Shown here in pieces: positions 1 through 12,895 of a stretch of 64,000 nt of DNA. The stretch is from Psilocybe cubensis (lineage: Eukaryota): positions 2,232,001-2,296,000 of the forward strand of contig CM039001.1 in NCBI GenBank assembly GCA_017499595.2, written 5' to 3'. The position numbers and the translations under genes were made by a program. Position 1 is the stretch's first letter, and each line of letters begins with the position of its first letter. The notes under the pieces were generated by a model, which was not told where the DNA came from, did no database searches, and saw only the letters and a program-made list of their open reading frames with translations.

Positions 1-588
1 ACCAGCAGGTTCGGAGTCTTTCAATTTACGGATCAAATCATCTCTTGTTTATTCATGAACTGAGTCGGTTTTTCTCACAGAGTCCATCGTCAAAGTGGTT
101 TATTCCACGGTTTGGCTCGCGGCCGTTTACATCCCTCTGAGCCGCCGTGTATACGAGTGAGCTAAAAACCACCTTGCGCCTAACTCCGCGCACCGCTCAC
201 ATTCATTTTTTTTCTCTCTGCGCATTGTAGATACCCTAATTCCTTCGCGCTGGTGGTTATGGACGCAGCGGAGAAAGCGTATCTCGCTGGCTTTCCTCTC
301 TTGCTGCTGTTTGTCTCCGTTTTCCCCCTTTCAGGAACACAGTCGGTTGTTAATAGTGCGGCCACGTCTGTGGAAACGTGTGTGTCGACCGACGGATTTT
401 CGTGCCCTGAACCGCAAACCGGTTTGAATCAGGGTTCAGCGCCGCCAGCGGCTCCGATGGAATTTCTTCCGCTCATGGTGACAAGTGTTTATTGCGCCGT
501 TGGGCTGGTATGGAGTTTCTTGAAGCTGGGCTTCATTTACTTGCAGGAAGAAACGAAGTTCCAAGGGCGGCTGAGTGAAATCAAATAG
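1..588 (+). CDS. ALG8: 3' end of dolichyl-P-Glc glucosyltransferase (ALG6/ALG8 family, ALG8-like); partial, runs off window start
   Basis: Spliced reading TPA/ESIVKVVYSTVWLAAVYIPLSRRVYE/YPNSFALVV...MEFLPLMVTSVYCAVGLVWSF resembles the ALG8 C-terminus; intron about 157-230. Confidence 0.75.
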
Positions 589-704
589 ATGCTGGTGGTA
601 CATTGATTGTAATGGATTATAGCTACATTTTGGAAACAATGCTAGCATATGGACAGGACCAGAGATCCGAGGATACAGGGTAGAAGACAGAAGTCACGGA
701 AAGT

Positions 705-2610
705 TTACTTCTTAGAGATATGGACAACTGTCAGAAGAAGAACAAGTGCAATCAGTGATCTGTTCATTGAAAATAACGGAGTGATAAAAATAGTCAGGAA
801 AGGCGAATTCACCATCTTCATCTTCTAGAACGTGATCCAAACCAACTTTCTGTCCGCGCGAATGTTTTGCGCTAGCGCCCCAAACGATAGCACTACAAAT
901 AGGTCATCATCTGCTTTGAGTGCTAGAAACAAGGAGCTTACTATTTCATTTGTTTTGCGATCTCCTTGTGGATGGAATTACAGAAATCTTCTACGGTGCA
1001 TTTTCCCCGACGGAGAACAACAGGGGAGTTGTAATCTGGAGCCAAACCGCGTGGTTTGGTATAAACACGAACGAGGTTCAGGGTTTCCCACATCATTGAG
1101 ATGAGCTCGTCGACGTTGAGCCATTCTTTGGACGAGATAGGAACAGACATGGGAATTTTGTAGCTGCGAGCACAAGATAAATCAGAACATGGTGATAACG
1201 GAACACATGGGATGTAAACTGACAGAAGATCGAGCTCTTCGATTGAGATTGCATCAATCTGTCAACATAACTAATCAGAGGGAGTGGATGGAAAACGGTT
1301 CAATCAGGTCGACCTTGTTCAGTACCTGGCCAGATAATGAAATGAAAAGATGAGTATCACAAACTTGATTTATGCGAAATGAAAAACATACATAGATAGC
1401 TGGAATGTAGACTCTAAATATGGTTGAGCACAATGGGCAGCACCTCTCGGCAATGAAGCGCCAGACGCACCTGTTTCCTTCAATTACATCCACCAAATCG
1501 TCTGCTGTTGCGTTTGGCTCCCTGATAGCAACATCGACATTGTTAAGCCTGTACTCGCTGAGGATGGCCTTGATCTCATCCTGATCCATATTGGTGAGAG
1601 GCACGGTGTTGGTGATGGCGATACCACCCTTCTCTTTCTTGCGAACTGTGATCGCTGGAGGCTTTTTGTTCAACCGGATGCCAAATCCTTCCAGTTCAGC
1701 TTCGATGATCTTTTTATCGCCAAGAGGTTTTAGCACATCGAGCACGATGAAAATGAGATTACACGTTCGCGCCACTGAGTCGGAAGTTTAGCTGGTTTGC
1801 GAGTGAGCTGACGAGATAGGTGGGCTTCCGTACCGGCGATGACTATGATAATATAGTGTGGGAGGTCAAGAACTACGGGATTACGGTAATTGGAATATGG
1901 GCGCACCTTGCCGACCTCTACCTTTACCGTCTGCGGCACCCTCGATAATACCGGCTACCAAACGAGCTGAGTGGGTGGATCTTTCTGGACGAGAGAAAGT
2001 GACGTACGAAGATCGAGAATCTGGATAGGCGCGCCGTGGACTTTGACGGTACCGGGCACGGTTGTGAGGGTTGTAAAGTCGATTTCTGAAGCTTCGGAAT
2101 GGGTGCCGGTGAGCTTTGACATAAGCGTGGACTGTGCATGGGGAAGATGTAGCCGGAATGGAGAAGCAGAGAAGCGGGGAAAACAGACCTTTCCTACTGA
2201 GGGAAAGCCCACAAAGCCGACCGACGCTATTCCGGTTCTGATGGGTGTGTTAGCGAGAGAAGATAAAACAGGGAAGTGCGCACCTTGCTACATCGAAGCC
2301 AACACCACCACCACCGCCTCCACCCGAGGAAGGTGGGGCAATAAGCTCGCGCCTGAGCTTTGCGAGCTTTGCCTTGAGCTGACCGATGTGGTAGCTCGTG
2401 GCCTTATTTTTTTGGGCTAGGAGATGGAGTGAGCAGAGAGCACGGGTGGGGTAGAGGCGACATACTCTTGGCCTAGAAAAGAATAAGAAGTAGAAGAAAA
2501 AAGAAAAGAAAGAGAACATGCCATTTCATCTTCGATTTCCTAGAGAAGGATCAGCTGTGTGCAGGGATAATAAAAACAATGGGCACCTTGATTTTCTGGA
2601 TAGTGGTCAT
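705..2610 (-). CDS. RBG1: DRG-family GTPase (Rbg1/DRG1), multi-exon
   Basis: [42 protein letters not shown]1 [20 protein letters not shown] region [10 protein letters not shown]-term HVLEDED/VVHISKK*. Confidence 0.95.
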
Positions 2611-2802
2611 TGTGCAAGTGAGTTCGGCGTTTGCCGGGTGATGGTTGCCCAAGTTTCTGTGTTGTTGTCTTCCTCCTCCTCAGTCTAGTCTGGTCTGTTC
2701 CAACGCCGTCCGCGTCCACACTCGCTCACCACACTCGTTACTCCTGCGCATGCCACTGGCTGGTCTCCGCCCAACAGCGTCCTACTCCCCTCTACCAACA
2801 CC

Positions 2803-4552
2803 ATGTGCAACTGCGGTGGTCCAAAGTGGAAGCGAGAAGTCGTTCCAGACCACAAGGTATCTTTCTTCCTCCTCTTTTGCTTTTTCTCGCCTTTACCCCA
2901 CCACACAGTTCGATTTCATCAACACCGCAGAGTTCACCGACAATGGCTTCATGATGCGTGTCAAGTCGGTCTGCTCTCGCTCTTTTAACCCCGCCCCCCG
3001 TTCATGTCTTCTTCCAGGTATCTGTGGCTCTACATCATCGTCCTCAAGTCCTTCCTCGTCTATATATCCGATATCTTCTCCGCCATTACCATGTTGACCA
3101 CAAAGAACTGGTCCAACGAAATTTTCCTCAAGTGTCCAGACGTCGAGGGATGTTTCTTCATTCCATTCAACACAGGTAAATGGCTGTTTGTCGGCTGTAT
3201 CATCGTGTCATTCCTTCTGGTCCGTCCTCTTCTTTTCCGCTCTTTCGTCCCTCTGTCACCCTCATTCTCTCTATCTCCTAGTTGGCATACGAGTCTCGGA
3301 AAGCCAAGAAAATCATCGCAAGTCGAGATATATCCTACGCTTTCACAAATATCATGGCCAACAACTACTATTCACTACGTGCGTTTAAACGGAGCTCTGC
3401 GGACTTTGCTTGACTGATCTGTACACTAGGCTCTTACGATCATTTCTGCTTCTTCGACCACATTAGCAACTCAACCAAGACTAGCGACGACTTTGCCTTT
3501 TTCGTCTTCTTCACCTTCAAGAGCTGGAAGCGCCTGATTCTGGCTGATACGCCTCGTCAAACTATCAACGCTCTCACTTTGTATGCCGTCTATCTTGTCA
3601 GAAGAGATCCGAAGAAAAACTGGTGGGATGTATCTCAGTACTTTGTAAACAGTACATCCACTTCTGCCCTAACTGTCACCTCGTTCTTTACCGTCGTCGT
3701 GTGCATTGGTTCTCTTTTGCTGCTAGTCGTCGCGGGAATATGCTATATTCCCCTGCTACTGCACATTCGCGGTAACTTGAAGGAATACTGTTGCCACAAA
3801 GTCGATAAAGTATGTCACCTCCCCTCCCTGCATTTTTTCCCTACTCACAATTTATTCAGCGTATCGGAGTGATCATTAAGCGTAAGCAGAAAGAACGCCG
3901 ACTTGAGGCAGACAAGCTCGCACAGAAAGAAGCTCTGGGAGACTATTCACATCTCAGAAATAAGAAAGGCGAACTCATTGCACAGCCCCTCCCCCAACCA
4001 ACGCTCCCGAACCTTTCAGTCGATGATGACGATGATTCGTCTTCCATCAACACTCGGGTTGCACCTAGCACCCACACCAAAGACTACTATCCCTATCAGA
4101 GTGACAAAGACTACCCTCCTATGCCCGCCTACAACCCACATTCACCGCAAGCCCCAGGCAACTACTACAATCCTTCCTCCGCCACGCTGGGCTATGACGA
4201 GCCTACTTATCCTCATTATGGGTACGAAGATGACAACGAGAGCACCGTGAATCTTGCCGCTTCGGCAGCTCCGTTTGCCCAGGACCCCATCACCCGACAA
4301 GGGAGCCCTTATGGGCCTTCATATCCTGGGAGCTATGATCCACATGACGTGTATCAAGGCCGCGCTGGATCAGTACCGCCTCATCAGCAGCAGAGACCAC
4401 CACCCATCGGCCAGGTGCCGAACGGGCAAGGGTATGATAACCCGTATGGCGGTTACGCTAATTCTACAAGCTCAATGGGCCCTGTAGCACCAGGGTCAAG
4501 AGGAAGAAATTACGATGAAGAAGTTGCGCATGGAAGAATTCAACCACGTTAG
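2803..4552 (+). CDS. KCH1: Fungal potassium transporter Kch1/Kch2-like membrane protein with Pro/Tyr-rich tail
   Basis: KWKREVVPDHK/FDFINTAEF, YISDIFSAITMLTTKNWS, WLFVGCIIVSFLL, LADTPRQTINALTL, GNLKEYCCHKVDK. Confidence 0.75.
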
Positions 4553-4884
4553 ATGTATTATAGGTAGCATAGGATTTCATCTTTGACTAGAACACTTTTT
4601 CAACCTTTTTGCTTTGTTTCACAACATTTTATTCCCTTTTTTCCCGGCACCGTACATTTGCTGTTCGCTTTTTTGCTCTTTTTTTCCAAGCTGGCATGTT
4701 TGGTGTACAACATTAACAGTATCCTTTAATCGACACATTCGTTGAAGCGAAATACTTCTATCAACTATGCAAAAGCCTCGAGCTTGTGCTTAATATTGTT
4801 CATTCCAGTTAATCTAATAGCTATAAGTACTACACGGCCGCGACATTAAACATCCAATCCCAATAACAAACACAAGCTCCTAAA

Positions 4885-5834
4885 TTAACCCGACAGTTTT
4901 TCCCAGATAATAACGACGATAAGGAGCATGAGCACTCCAATAATACTGTAAGTGACTGCCCGCTGTTGGTACATTCTACACATACATAACAAGTCAGAAA
5001 AATCTGCGTGGGTGGGCTCAATATAGAGCTAATGATAGGAGAGTTGACGTGCCTTCGAACCATCTTCTTCAATGTACCAGACGCACGATCAATCGCCAAG
5101 TCTGCCCTTTGCAACTAAACATGGCGAGAATTAGGCTCGGTAAGCGAAAGGAGTGCAACATTAAACTTACAGTATTTCTCGAGTTCTCAATTTGCTCTCG
5201 CTGTGTCCGCAGGTTCATAAGGATATCAGCACCCTGGTTCTCCGTCTCCAGAGCAATTTGCTGAGACTGTTGCAGACGTTTAGATCCTTCCTCGAGTAGA
5301 GCTGTCCCAGCAAGCAGCCTTGTTCTGTCACTCGATGGGCCATACGGGTCGTCTGAAGACGAATAGCCCCCTGGATTATTAGCCGAGGACAACAGATCCA
5401 TACGAGCGAGTTGGGCACGGGAGTCGACGAGGAGCTTCTTATGTTTGGAAAGCTCTGCCTTGGCTGAGCGCAGCCGCGATTGGTATTGGGCACGGACTGA
5501 CTGGGGTATCCCTTGGATTTCTATTTCCATTTGAGAGACCTTGTGGAAGTGACCAGGCATGTCAGGGACAATGTTCTAGGACGAACAAGAGATTCAAAGG
5601 TGGGCACCATTTCATCGGCCTCGTCTAGTTCCATCTCTACCCTGCGCAGACTCGCTTTCCTCTGCTCTGAGAACGTTGTATGATGCGTAAGCATACGTTC
5701 GATGTGTAAAAACTGATTAATTAGACACCTTTATCCGTTCCGTCCTTTACATCGAGCTTCTGGTGTATTGTTTCAATAAACTGAAGGAAATCTTGTTCAT
5801 AAGAGTCGAACAAGGCTGTAGGTGAGGTATCCAT
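4885..5834 (-). CDS. VTI1: Qb-SNARE Vti1
   Basis: MDTSPTALFDSYEQDF N-terminus, QMEIEIQGIP, SNARE helix ALETENQGADILMNLRTQREQI, C-terminal TM anchor. Confidence 0.92.
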
Positions 5835-6029
5835 ATTGTCGTATCGAGGTTCGTGAGCTCCTTTCCACCAGGGAAATGAAGTAGGGTGTTATGGGTGTCG
5901 AGTGTATGGCAATTGTATGTCAAGGGCCGCGCAGCTGGACAGCATGTCACAGCCACATCATATGTAGCCACCGCATTAGGAAGTGGACAACTCGCTCCAG
6001 GAATTGCAAGTCACTTCGATTCAGCAGCC

Positions 6030-7125
6030 ATGTCGAACAATGCGTATGTCTTCTAGCAGCCTCAAATAACAATATCTCATTATATGGATATAGTGTTTCG
6101 CTTTATCTCGACCCCCAGATTCGAGACTGGGTCTTGTTTCCTATTACGTTGGTGATGGTACGTGTCGCCCTTGACCTGTTGACGCATCAGCATTAACGAG
6201 TTTCTTAGATTTTGGTGGGCATCCTTCGACATTATGTTGTGGTGCTGCTGCAGTCACCGCCTAAAGTTGTCTCAAAAGCTGCTATGCGCGAACAGTGAGC
6301 ACTCAAACCTACTCTATATGTGTAACAGAATTGTCCGTTTACACAGTGTTTCTCAGACGGGCATTGACGCGCTCCCAAATTCTCCGCGCTACTGCTTCCA
6401 ACTCACCTATACCCCCTTCATACTACACTTCGATATCGCAACACCTTTCTGATGCCTTTGCCTCTGGCGCATATCTCAAAGACGGACCACCCAAGGGTGA
6501 TAACGCATCTGCACCACCTAATCCCATAACAGACCCAGCCGCCATGGATGGTATGATGGCAGGCATGAAGACACAGATGGTGATGATGGTCCCCCAGATG
6601 GTCATCATGGGGTGGATCAATTTCTTCTTCCAAGGCTTCGTATTAAGTGAGTCAGACACCCCAATTGTATTTACCATAGCCTAACGAATGCGTTTAATCT
6701 AACAGTTAAACTCCCTTTCCCCTTAACACTGGGCTTCAAATCTATGCTCCAGCGCGGCATCGAAACCCCTGATATGGACGTTCGTTGGGTCTCATCACTC
6801 TCCTGGTACTTCCTCAACTTCTTCGGTTTGAACGGACTATACCGACTCATCCTCGGCGATGCTAATTGTACGTTTTTGTTGGGTTCTGTTAATTACCGCT
6901 CAACTTTACTGAACCCCATATCGTCTAGCGGCGGATTCTTCGCGCGATATGACTGCATCTCCCTTTGCGGCAGGTGCGCCTGCTGCTGGCCCCCAGGACT
7001 TTGCCAAACTGTTCAAAGCAGAGAAGGACAATCTTGAATTTTCTGAAGGTCTTCATAACTGGGTCGGAAACGATGTAGAAAATAGAGTTCTCCGGAAGTA
7101 TGGCAAGCTCGCGCCAGCTTACTGA
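6030..7125 (+). CDS. EMC3: ER membrane protein complex subunit 3
   Basis: [55 protein letters not shown]. Confidence 0.95.
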
Positions 7126-7427
7126 TTACCAAAATATAATTTATTTAGCTGGGATATAGCTAGGGAGGGCTGAGAAAGAAAAGAGTACACTGGCCAGGCT
7201 ATTATTTATTTGGCTGGTTGTTTACAAGGATTAATCAAGGTAGGAGCTACTGCAGTGCTTGGTCCGCGATGCGTCGGCAAGTCTCCACAGGGGATCACCA
7301 GCGTCAAAACCAGAAGAACAGATCACCGGAACTAAAAAGGAGGGGAGAGCATCTTGTGCATTGACTTGAGCGCGCTACTCAAAGTGATACTAGTTGACTC
7401 ACAGAAGCTCGAGGTAGTTCGAAGACC

Positions 7428-8279
7428 CTACACCAAACCATCGTATAGTGACAGCGCCTAGGAAATGAAAAGTGAGTGTTCAGAAATTGGTGTCTGCGGG
7501 AATCCACCTACCTGGACGATAGTTGGGTCCTGTTTGCTGCCTTCCACAAACTCGTCATAGGTAAGTTTTGCATCCTTATCTTTATCCATGTTTCTGAAGA
7601 TCTTGTCGACTCGCTGTGGGCGGGAGAATCAGCGCTTTCAGGGAGGTGCATGGCTGATCAGCTGGTTACCTTTTCTGGCGTATCTTCGTCTGTTGGTAGC
7701 TTCACCATCTCCCCGGTCATCTTGTAGATGGATTGGACAATCTGGAGCATCTCATCGTATGTAATAGTGCCATCCTTATCGATGTCGTAGAGTTGGAATG
7801 CCCCTAAGCGCCGATTTGATTAAGCGCCGCTGGAGGATGGGTAATCTGGGCGCGAAGACGCACATTTAAGTTTCTCTTCTAGACGGCCTCTGCTCGTCAC
7901 GCTAAGAGCACAAATAAACTCTTTGAAGTCGATCTGACCGCTCTTGTCGGCATCGAAGACGTTGAAGACATAGTCAGCGAACTCTGCCGGATCGCCGAAG
8001 GGGAAGAACTGCTTGTATATCCGACTGAACTCTGCTTTATCAAGATGGCCTGAAGGACAGTCTTTCTTGAAGCCTTTGTACCTAGAGAAAGAGTATTAGA
8101 TCAATGATGCACGGGCGAGAAGGGTAGGAGAGATCGACCATTGCTGGAGTTCCTTTTTATCGACTTGAAATGGAGAAGTCAGTGTCACAAGCTAGCCGAG
8201 ATGGACATGACTCACAGTAGGTGTTCTTCTGGAGGTCTGCGAGCTGCTCCTGGGACAGTTTGCTCTGAGATTTGCCCAT
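7428..8279 (-). CDS. NCS1: Neuronal calcium sensor/frequenin (N-myristoylated EF-hand protein)
   Basis: [41 protein letters not shown]-hands [12 protein letters not shown] and [12 protein letters not shown], ending ALSLYDGLV*. Confidence 0.95.
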
Positions 8280-8706
8280 CGTGGTGGCTAAGGAAAGAAA
8301 TGGGACAAAAAATTGTTGGAAAGTGAAAGCTGTATGAGGTGAACCTTGGCACAAACGTGGGGCAGTGTGGGTACCATTGGAGGCTGTACGCTATCTTATC
8401 TACATCTAGTAGGTGTATTGTTACCAAGTTTGGCGGCCTCGAGGACGAAGAAAGGGATCTTTGACGGTAGAGACTCGTGGCCCCGGGATGGTGGTAGAGC
8501 TATTGCGGCTGGAATATATTTTCTTTCTCTTCCACAGTCATCATGTCGCAGCAACCGTCAGGACAACGCATGTACCAGTCAAGAGTACAAATACATAACC
8601 AACCTCTTTCGGTTTGCGGTTTCTCCGTATACCAACACATATCTCTTTCTTTCTCACCATGTGTTACTCTTCTGGCTCCATAGACCAAACAGTAAACCCA
8701 TGCCCA

Positions 8707-10073
8707 ATGTGCAAGGTATATCGACATACTAGGTCCGTCATTGTCCTCGCCTTCGTCGTTGTCTATATTAACTCTTCGTGTTCATAGTTGCCCCCATATT
8801 CGGGAAACATGTCGAAATCGGGCTGCCCATCCGCGCATGGACGTCCTTTATCTAACAAATGCTGAAGGTATTTTCTTGTCCGGCTAATAGGCTGCGCGCT
8901 AGTCCTTTGCTGACCCATCTCACTAGTCGAGCGCTTCAACGGATGCGGTTTCTGCAAGGTAGATACACTTTGTGGTATTGTATCTTAACCCGTCTCTGAT
9001 CGCCAACTCAGTGGGCACATACGGATCCCCCTCCTCCTCCACATGAAGCCGGTTATAAGAATCGCGGATGGCCAGGGTGTTGCCGGCCACCAAGCTCCAG
9101 TGAATACGACCTCATAGAGATCGAGAATTGGCCGGCAGTCGCTATCGTGCACGACGTTCCAATACCCCGACATCTAGAGGCGATATTAAAGTCACTCCCT
9201 CTTCCATCGAAAATGGCTCAACCGCTATCTCCAGGAGGCCGTAGCCCGCCCTCGAAAGCGTCGACTCCGTCTACAATTCGCAAGAGTACTGGTGGGACCA
9301 CCCCTTCCAAGCCCAGCGTCCTATCGACTAAGGCTATGAACACACCTTCGCACAGCCGTGGCAGAAGTCCCCACGCGACGTCACCAGTCGCGAACGTTCC
9401 GCGGACACCCAGCAGTACAGCAATCTCATCCTCTGTACCATCGTCTTCCTCGATGGACACAATTCGCCGTAAATCTGGTACATCGGGAACATCTGAGAGG
9501 CGCTTAGAGGGCGTGCAATCTGCGCATTCTTCTCCTGGAAGGAAATCTATTGAAATAGAGAATCCCGTCTCTCCACGTCGTGTATCAAGTGTTCGCAGGC
9601 CAACCTTGACTCCAGCGACGACCTCTGTCTCTGTCTCGAAGATTGTCGCTGGGGATAGCCGTGCTCCCAGAGCCCCCACAGTCCAAGATAATTCTAGCAA
9701 ACCCAGGCCTTCTATCTCCACATCTCCGAGCCGACAACAAACACCTAGAATTCCGGAACCAGTCACATTCCTTGCACCGCGCCCATCCAAGACTACCGAC
9801 GATTGTGGCGCATCAAGTAGCAGTGGCAGCAGTGACGGTGTCGGCTCTTTATCAGATAGTACTATCACATCGGATGGTGGATTTACTGATTATCTATCCG
9901 ATGAATCTGAGGCAGAATTGCAAAGGCAAGCGGAGGCCAAGGCGATCGTGATGGCGCAGAATCTTCAAGAGGAGAACGAATTCAAGATGGCAAGACAGCA
10001 GCTAGCGCACATCGACCTGCGGCCACCCAAATCATGGAACCCTACAAATTCACCCAAGAAGTTGACTATTTAG
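8707..10073 (+). CDS. Hypothetical protein: small Cys/His-rich N-terminal module plus long Ser/Pro/Thr-rich low-complexity region
   Basis: Spliced reading MCKVYRHTS/CPHIRETCRNRAAHPRMDVLYLTNAE/VERFNGCGFCK/WAHTD..GWPGCCRPP joins the 308-aa ORF ending at 10073. Confidence 0.6.
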
Positions 10074-10376
10074 CTCGTTATACATCTGGTGGATTTTTTG
10101 TAACGCGGTGCTGTATATGATGATGGAAGAGTGGGATGCGGACAGTCTTTTTTTCGGTCTTCAATGTGTTGTAAATGTAGGAATACCATCTACGGAACTC
10201 AAGATATTATGTACTATGCATTTAATTGAGGACTCTTGAATATACACCGCAAAACGATCGCGTATGGGTAGAAAGAGTCAATGAACGTCACGGATCACAT
10301 GCTGGCGAGTAGACCAGATATGGCAGTACACTTAAAGTGCTGTAGTAGCTGACCGACCTTGTTTCTTTCTCCCTCC

Positions 10377-11959
10377 ATGAACTTGGGTCGCCATTCCATC
10401 TCGTCCACTAATCCCGTACAAATTCTCGATGCCAAGTTTGACGCAGAGTGCGAGATTTTTGCCGCTTCGACCCCAGCTGGCTTTGCTGTCTATCGTACAA
10501 ATCCTCTGCAGCTGATCCGGAAGCGGGGTAACGTTCCATTCAATGTGGGGGGTCCAGTTTTGGAGACTCATCGTATCGTCAACAGAACTTACGGGCGGAA
10601 CACTTGCTGCAGTACTGCCATTGCACGCCTCAAATATCCTCTTTCTGTTGGGTGGCGGTCGGAGTCCCCTATATCCTCCCAATAAAGTAATTCTCTGGAA
10701 TGACGCACTTGGGAAAGAGGTCGCAGAATTGGAATTCAGAGAGAGGGTCAGAGGTTTAGCTTGTCGGCGCGGGTGGCTTGCTGTTTCTCTACGACGGAGA
10801 GTGGTTGTTTTCCAGGTAGGCGAAACAGTAACGCGATATGGCGAGTGGGATACGTGCGACAACCCACGAGGTGAGATTGACATTTCGCATTAATTTATTG
10901 ATTTTGAACTCTTAACGTCGTCTCCTGTGCTTTTTTGACTCCGTTTAGGCTTACTTGCCATGGCCACCTCGCCGTATTCCACGTTACTCGCAATTGCTGG
11001 TCGCCAGATCGGACATGTTCAGTTGATTCGTTTGCCACCCTGTTCTCTACCTGTACTTGGAGCGCCGCCCTCATCCTCACCACCTATTAAAGCACCACAT
11101 CCATCATCAAAACATCCAGTATCTATTATTGCGGCGCATACTAGTGCATTGACCACTTTATCTATACCCACGTCAGGTCGCTTGCTTGCTACCACCTCTG
11201 TTCGCGGAACTTTGGTGCGGATATGGGATGCTACAACCGGCAAATTGGTCAAAGAATTCAGGCGGGGTACAGATAAAGCAGAGATCTATGGTGTTGCTTT
11301 TCGACCGGATGAACAAGAACTGTGTGTTTGGAGCGATAAGGGTACTGTGCATGTATTCAATCTCGTGGTCTCGGGAGCAACGTAAGTCAACGCGTTGTAT
11401 CTATGATTCCGATTGTAACCTTTTCTCCAGAAATCGGCAATCTACATTCTCTCCCCTCACTCCTTTTCTTCCACTTCCGAAGTACTTCGAATCAGAATGG
11501 TCTTATGCCCAATACAGGATCCCAGTCCAGTCATCTCATATCTCCATCTCTTCAACATCTCGATCTTCTGGTGTTGATCTTCCCGAAGAAGAACGGTGTG
11601 TGGTTGGGTGGATCCAGGTGTCTTCTGAAGAAGCAGCAAACCCATCAACCACGTCATCTTCCCCGTTGGAATATCAGCTCATCGTGCTAACATTCACTGG
11701 AGGCTGGTATCGTCTCTCACTACCCAAACTTACGGGCACGTCAAATCCTCCCCCCGGACGACATCCCCCCTCTTCTTCTTCGTCGTCGTCCTTCAAACCT
11801 AAACACGCCTCTCAATCCAAATCTATCAGCGGATCTTCTGCTACTGCCCGACCTGACAAAGGAAAGGAAAGGGCGCGAGGTGACAGTGATAAGAAAGAGA
11901 GCCGGAACTGTATCTTGCAAGAATATCGTCGATTTGGAAGGTGGGACGGCTGGGGTTAG
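10377..11959 (+). CDS. HSV2: PROPPIN WD40 phosphoinositide-binding protein (Hsv2/WIPI3-4 type, Atg18 family)
   Basis: LLGGGRSPLYPPNKVILWND, IIAAHTS, ATTSVRGTLVRIWD, FRRG lipid-binding motif, SDKGTVHVF. Confidence 0.88.
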
Positions 11960-12895
11960 GTGAAACAATATTTCTCTTTTTTTGTAATTTCATCCAGGAC
12001 GTGCTTTCGCTTTTATTCCCATCAACATCTCCATGCACATTGTACAACGGTTCTCAAGTTTCTCTGGTCGAGTACTATTCTACCCCACGCATATATATAC
12101 CCAACTTGCATTACTCTCATCTCTTTCTACCCATATCAGAATCTGTATTAGACTTTATCTTGTACACATGTAGCAATTCATACACCTGGATTTTATCGCT
12201 TTTTTCAAAGGAGATGTGTTGATAATAGGGGCCAGATAGGGGCAGTCGCGTGACATAACGCGTCCAATGCTGGGCAACGTGATTCCTGTTTCCTGAACTG
12301 AACCTTGCCTGAACCCTCTGAGCAACTTGGCCTTTGTCTTTCAAATGGAAAACCCCCACGCAGAAAGACAAGCTGTTCTCTTGGAACGCATAGTAAAGAA
12401 CACTGTATGTCCATGAATCATTTGCTTTCGAACTTAGACTTAAACTTGATTCTGAGGCAGTCCAAATGCACTGAAATGATTTTGGAGCTCAATCACTGTC
12501 TCGAGGTTGGCCTGTTTGTCCTCCACTTGATTCAATGCTTTACTGACCGTTCCTAAGGAAATTCTGCGAGCTAACGCGTCCGTCAAGACTGCGGCAGATT
12601 TATCCACTAAGTACCGGAAGAATGTACAGTACAATTTGGAGGCGACGAAAGGCAATTGAAGCTGTTATGATTTGTGTAATGCTTGATGTACATTCATTGA
12701 GATACTGCGATGGTGATAAGTGCAAGATGCGAATGTAAAAGATATGCCGTTATCGTGTGATGCTAATAGAGCCTTTGAAAAGTCACGACGACGCCAACCA
12801 TCTAAATAGGAATGACACACTTCCTCTTATCCATCATCTTTCCGTCCACTGGTCTCCCAATACCTTATTACTTCCCTTCTCCCTGACGTTTTTCC

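Noticed and set aside
12200-12700. Short ORFs between HSV2 and ATE1
   Set aside because: No ATG-initiated coherent spliced model or recognisable family; a small gene cannot be excluded
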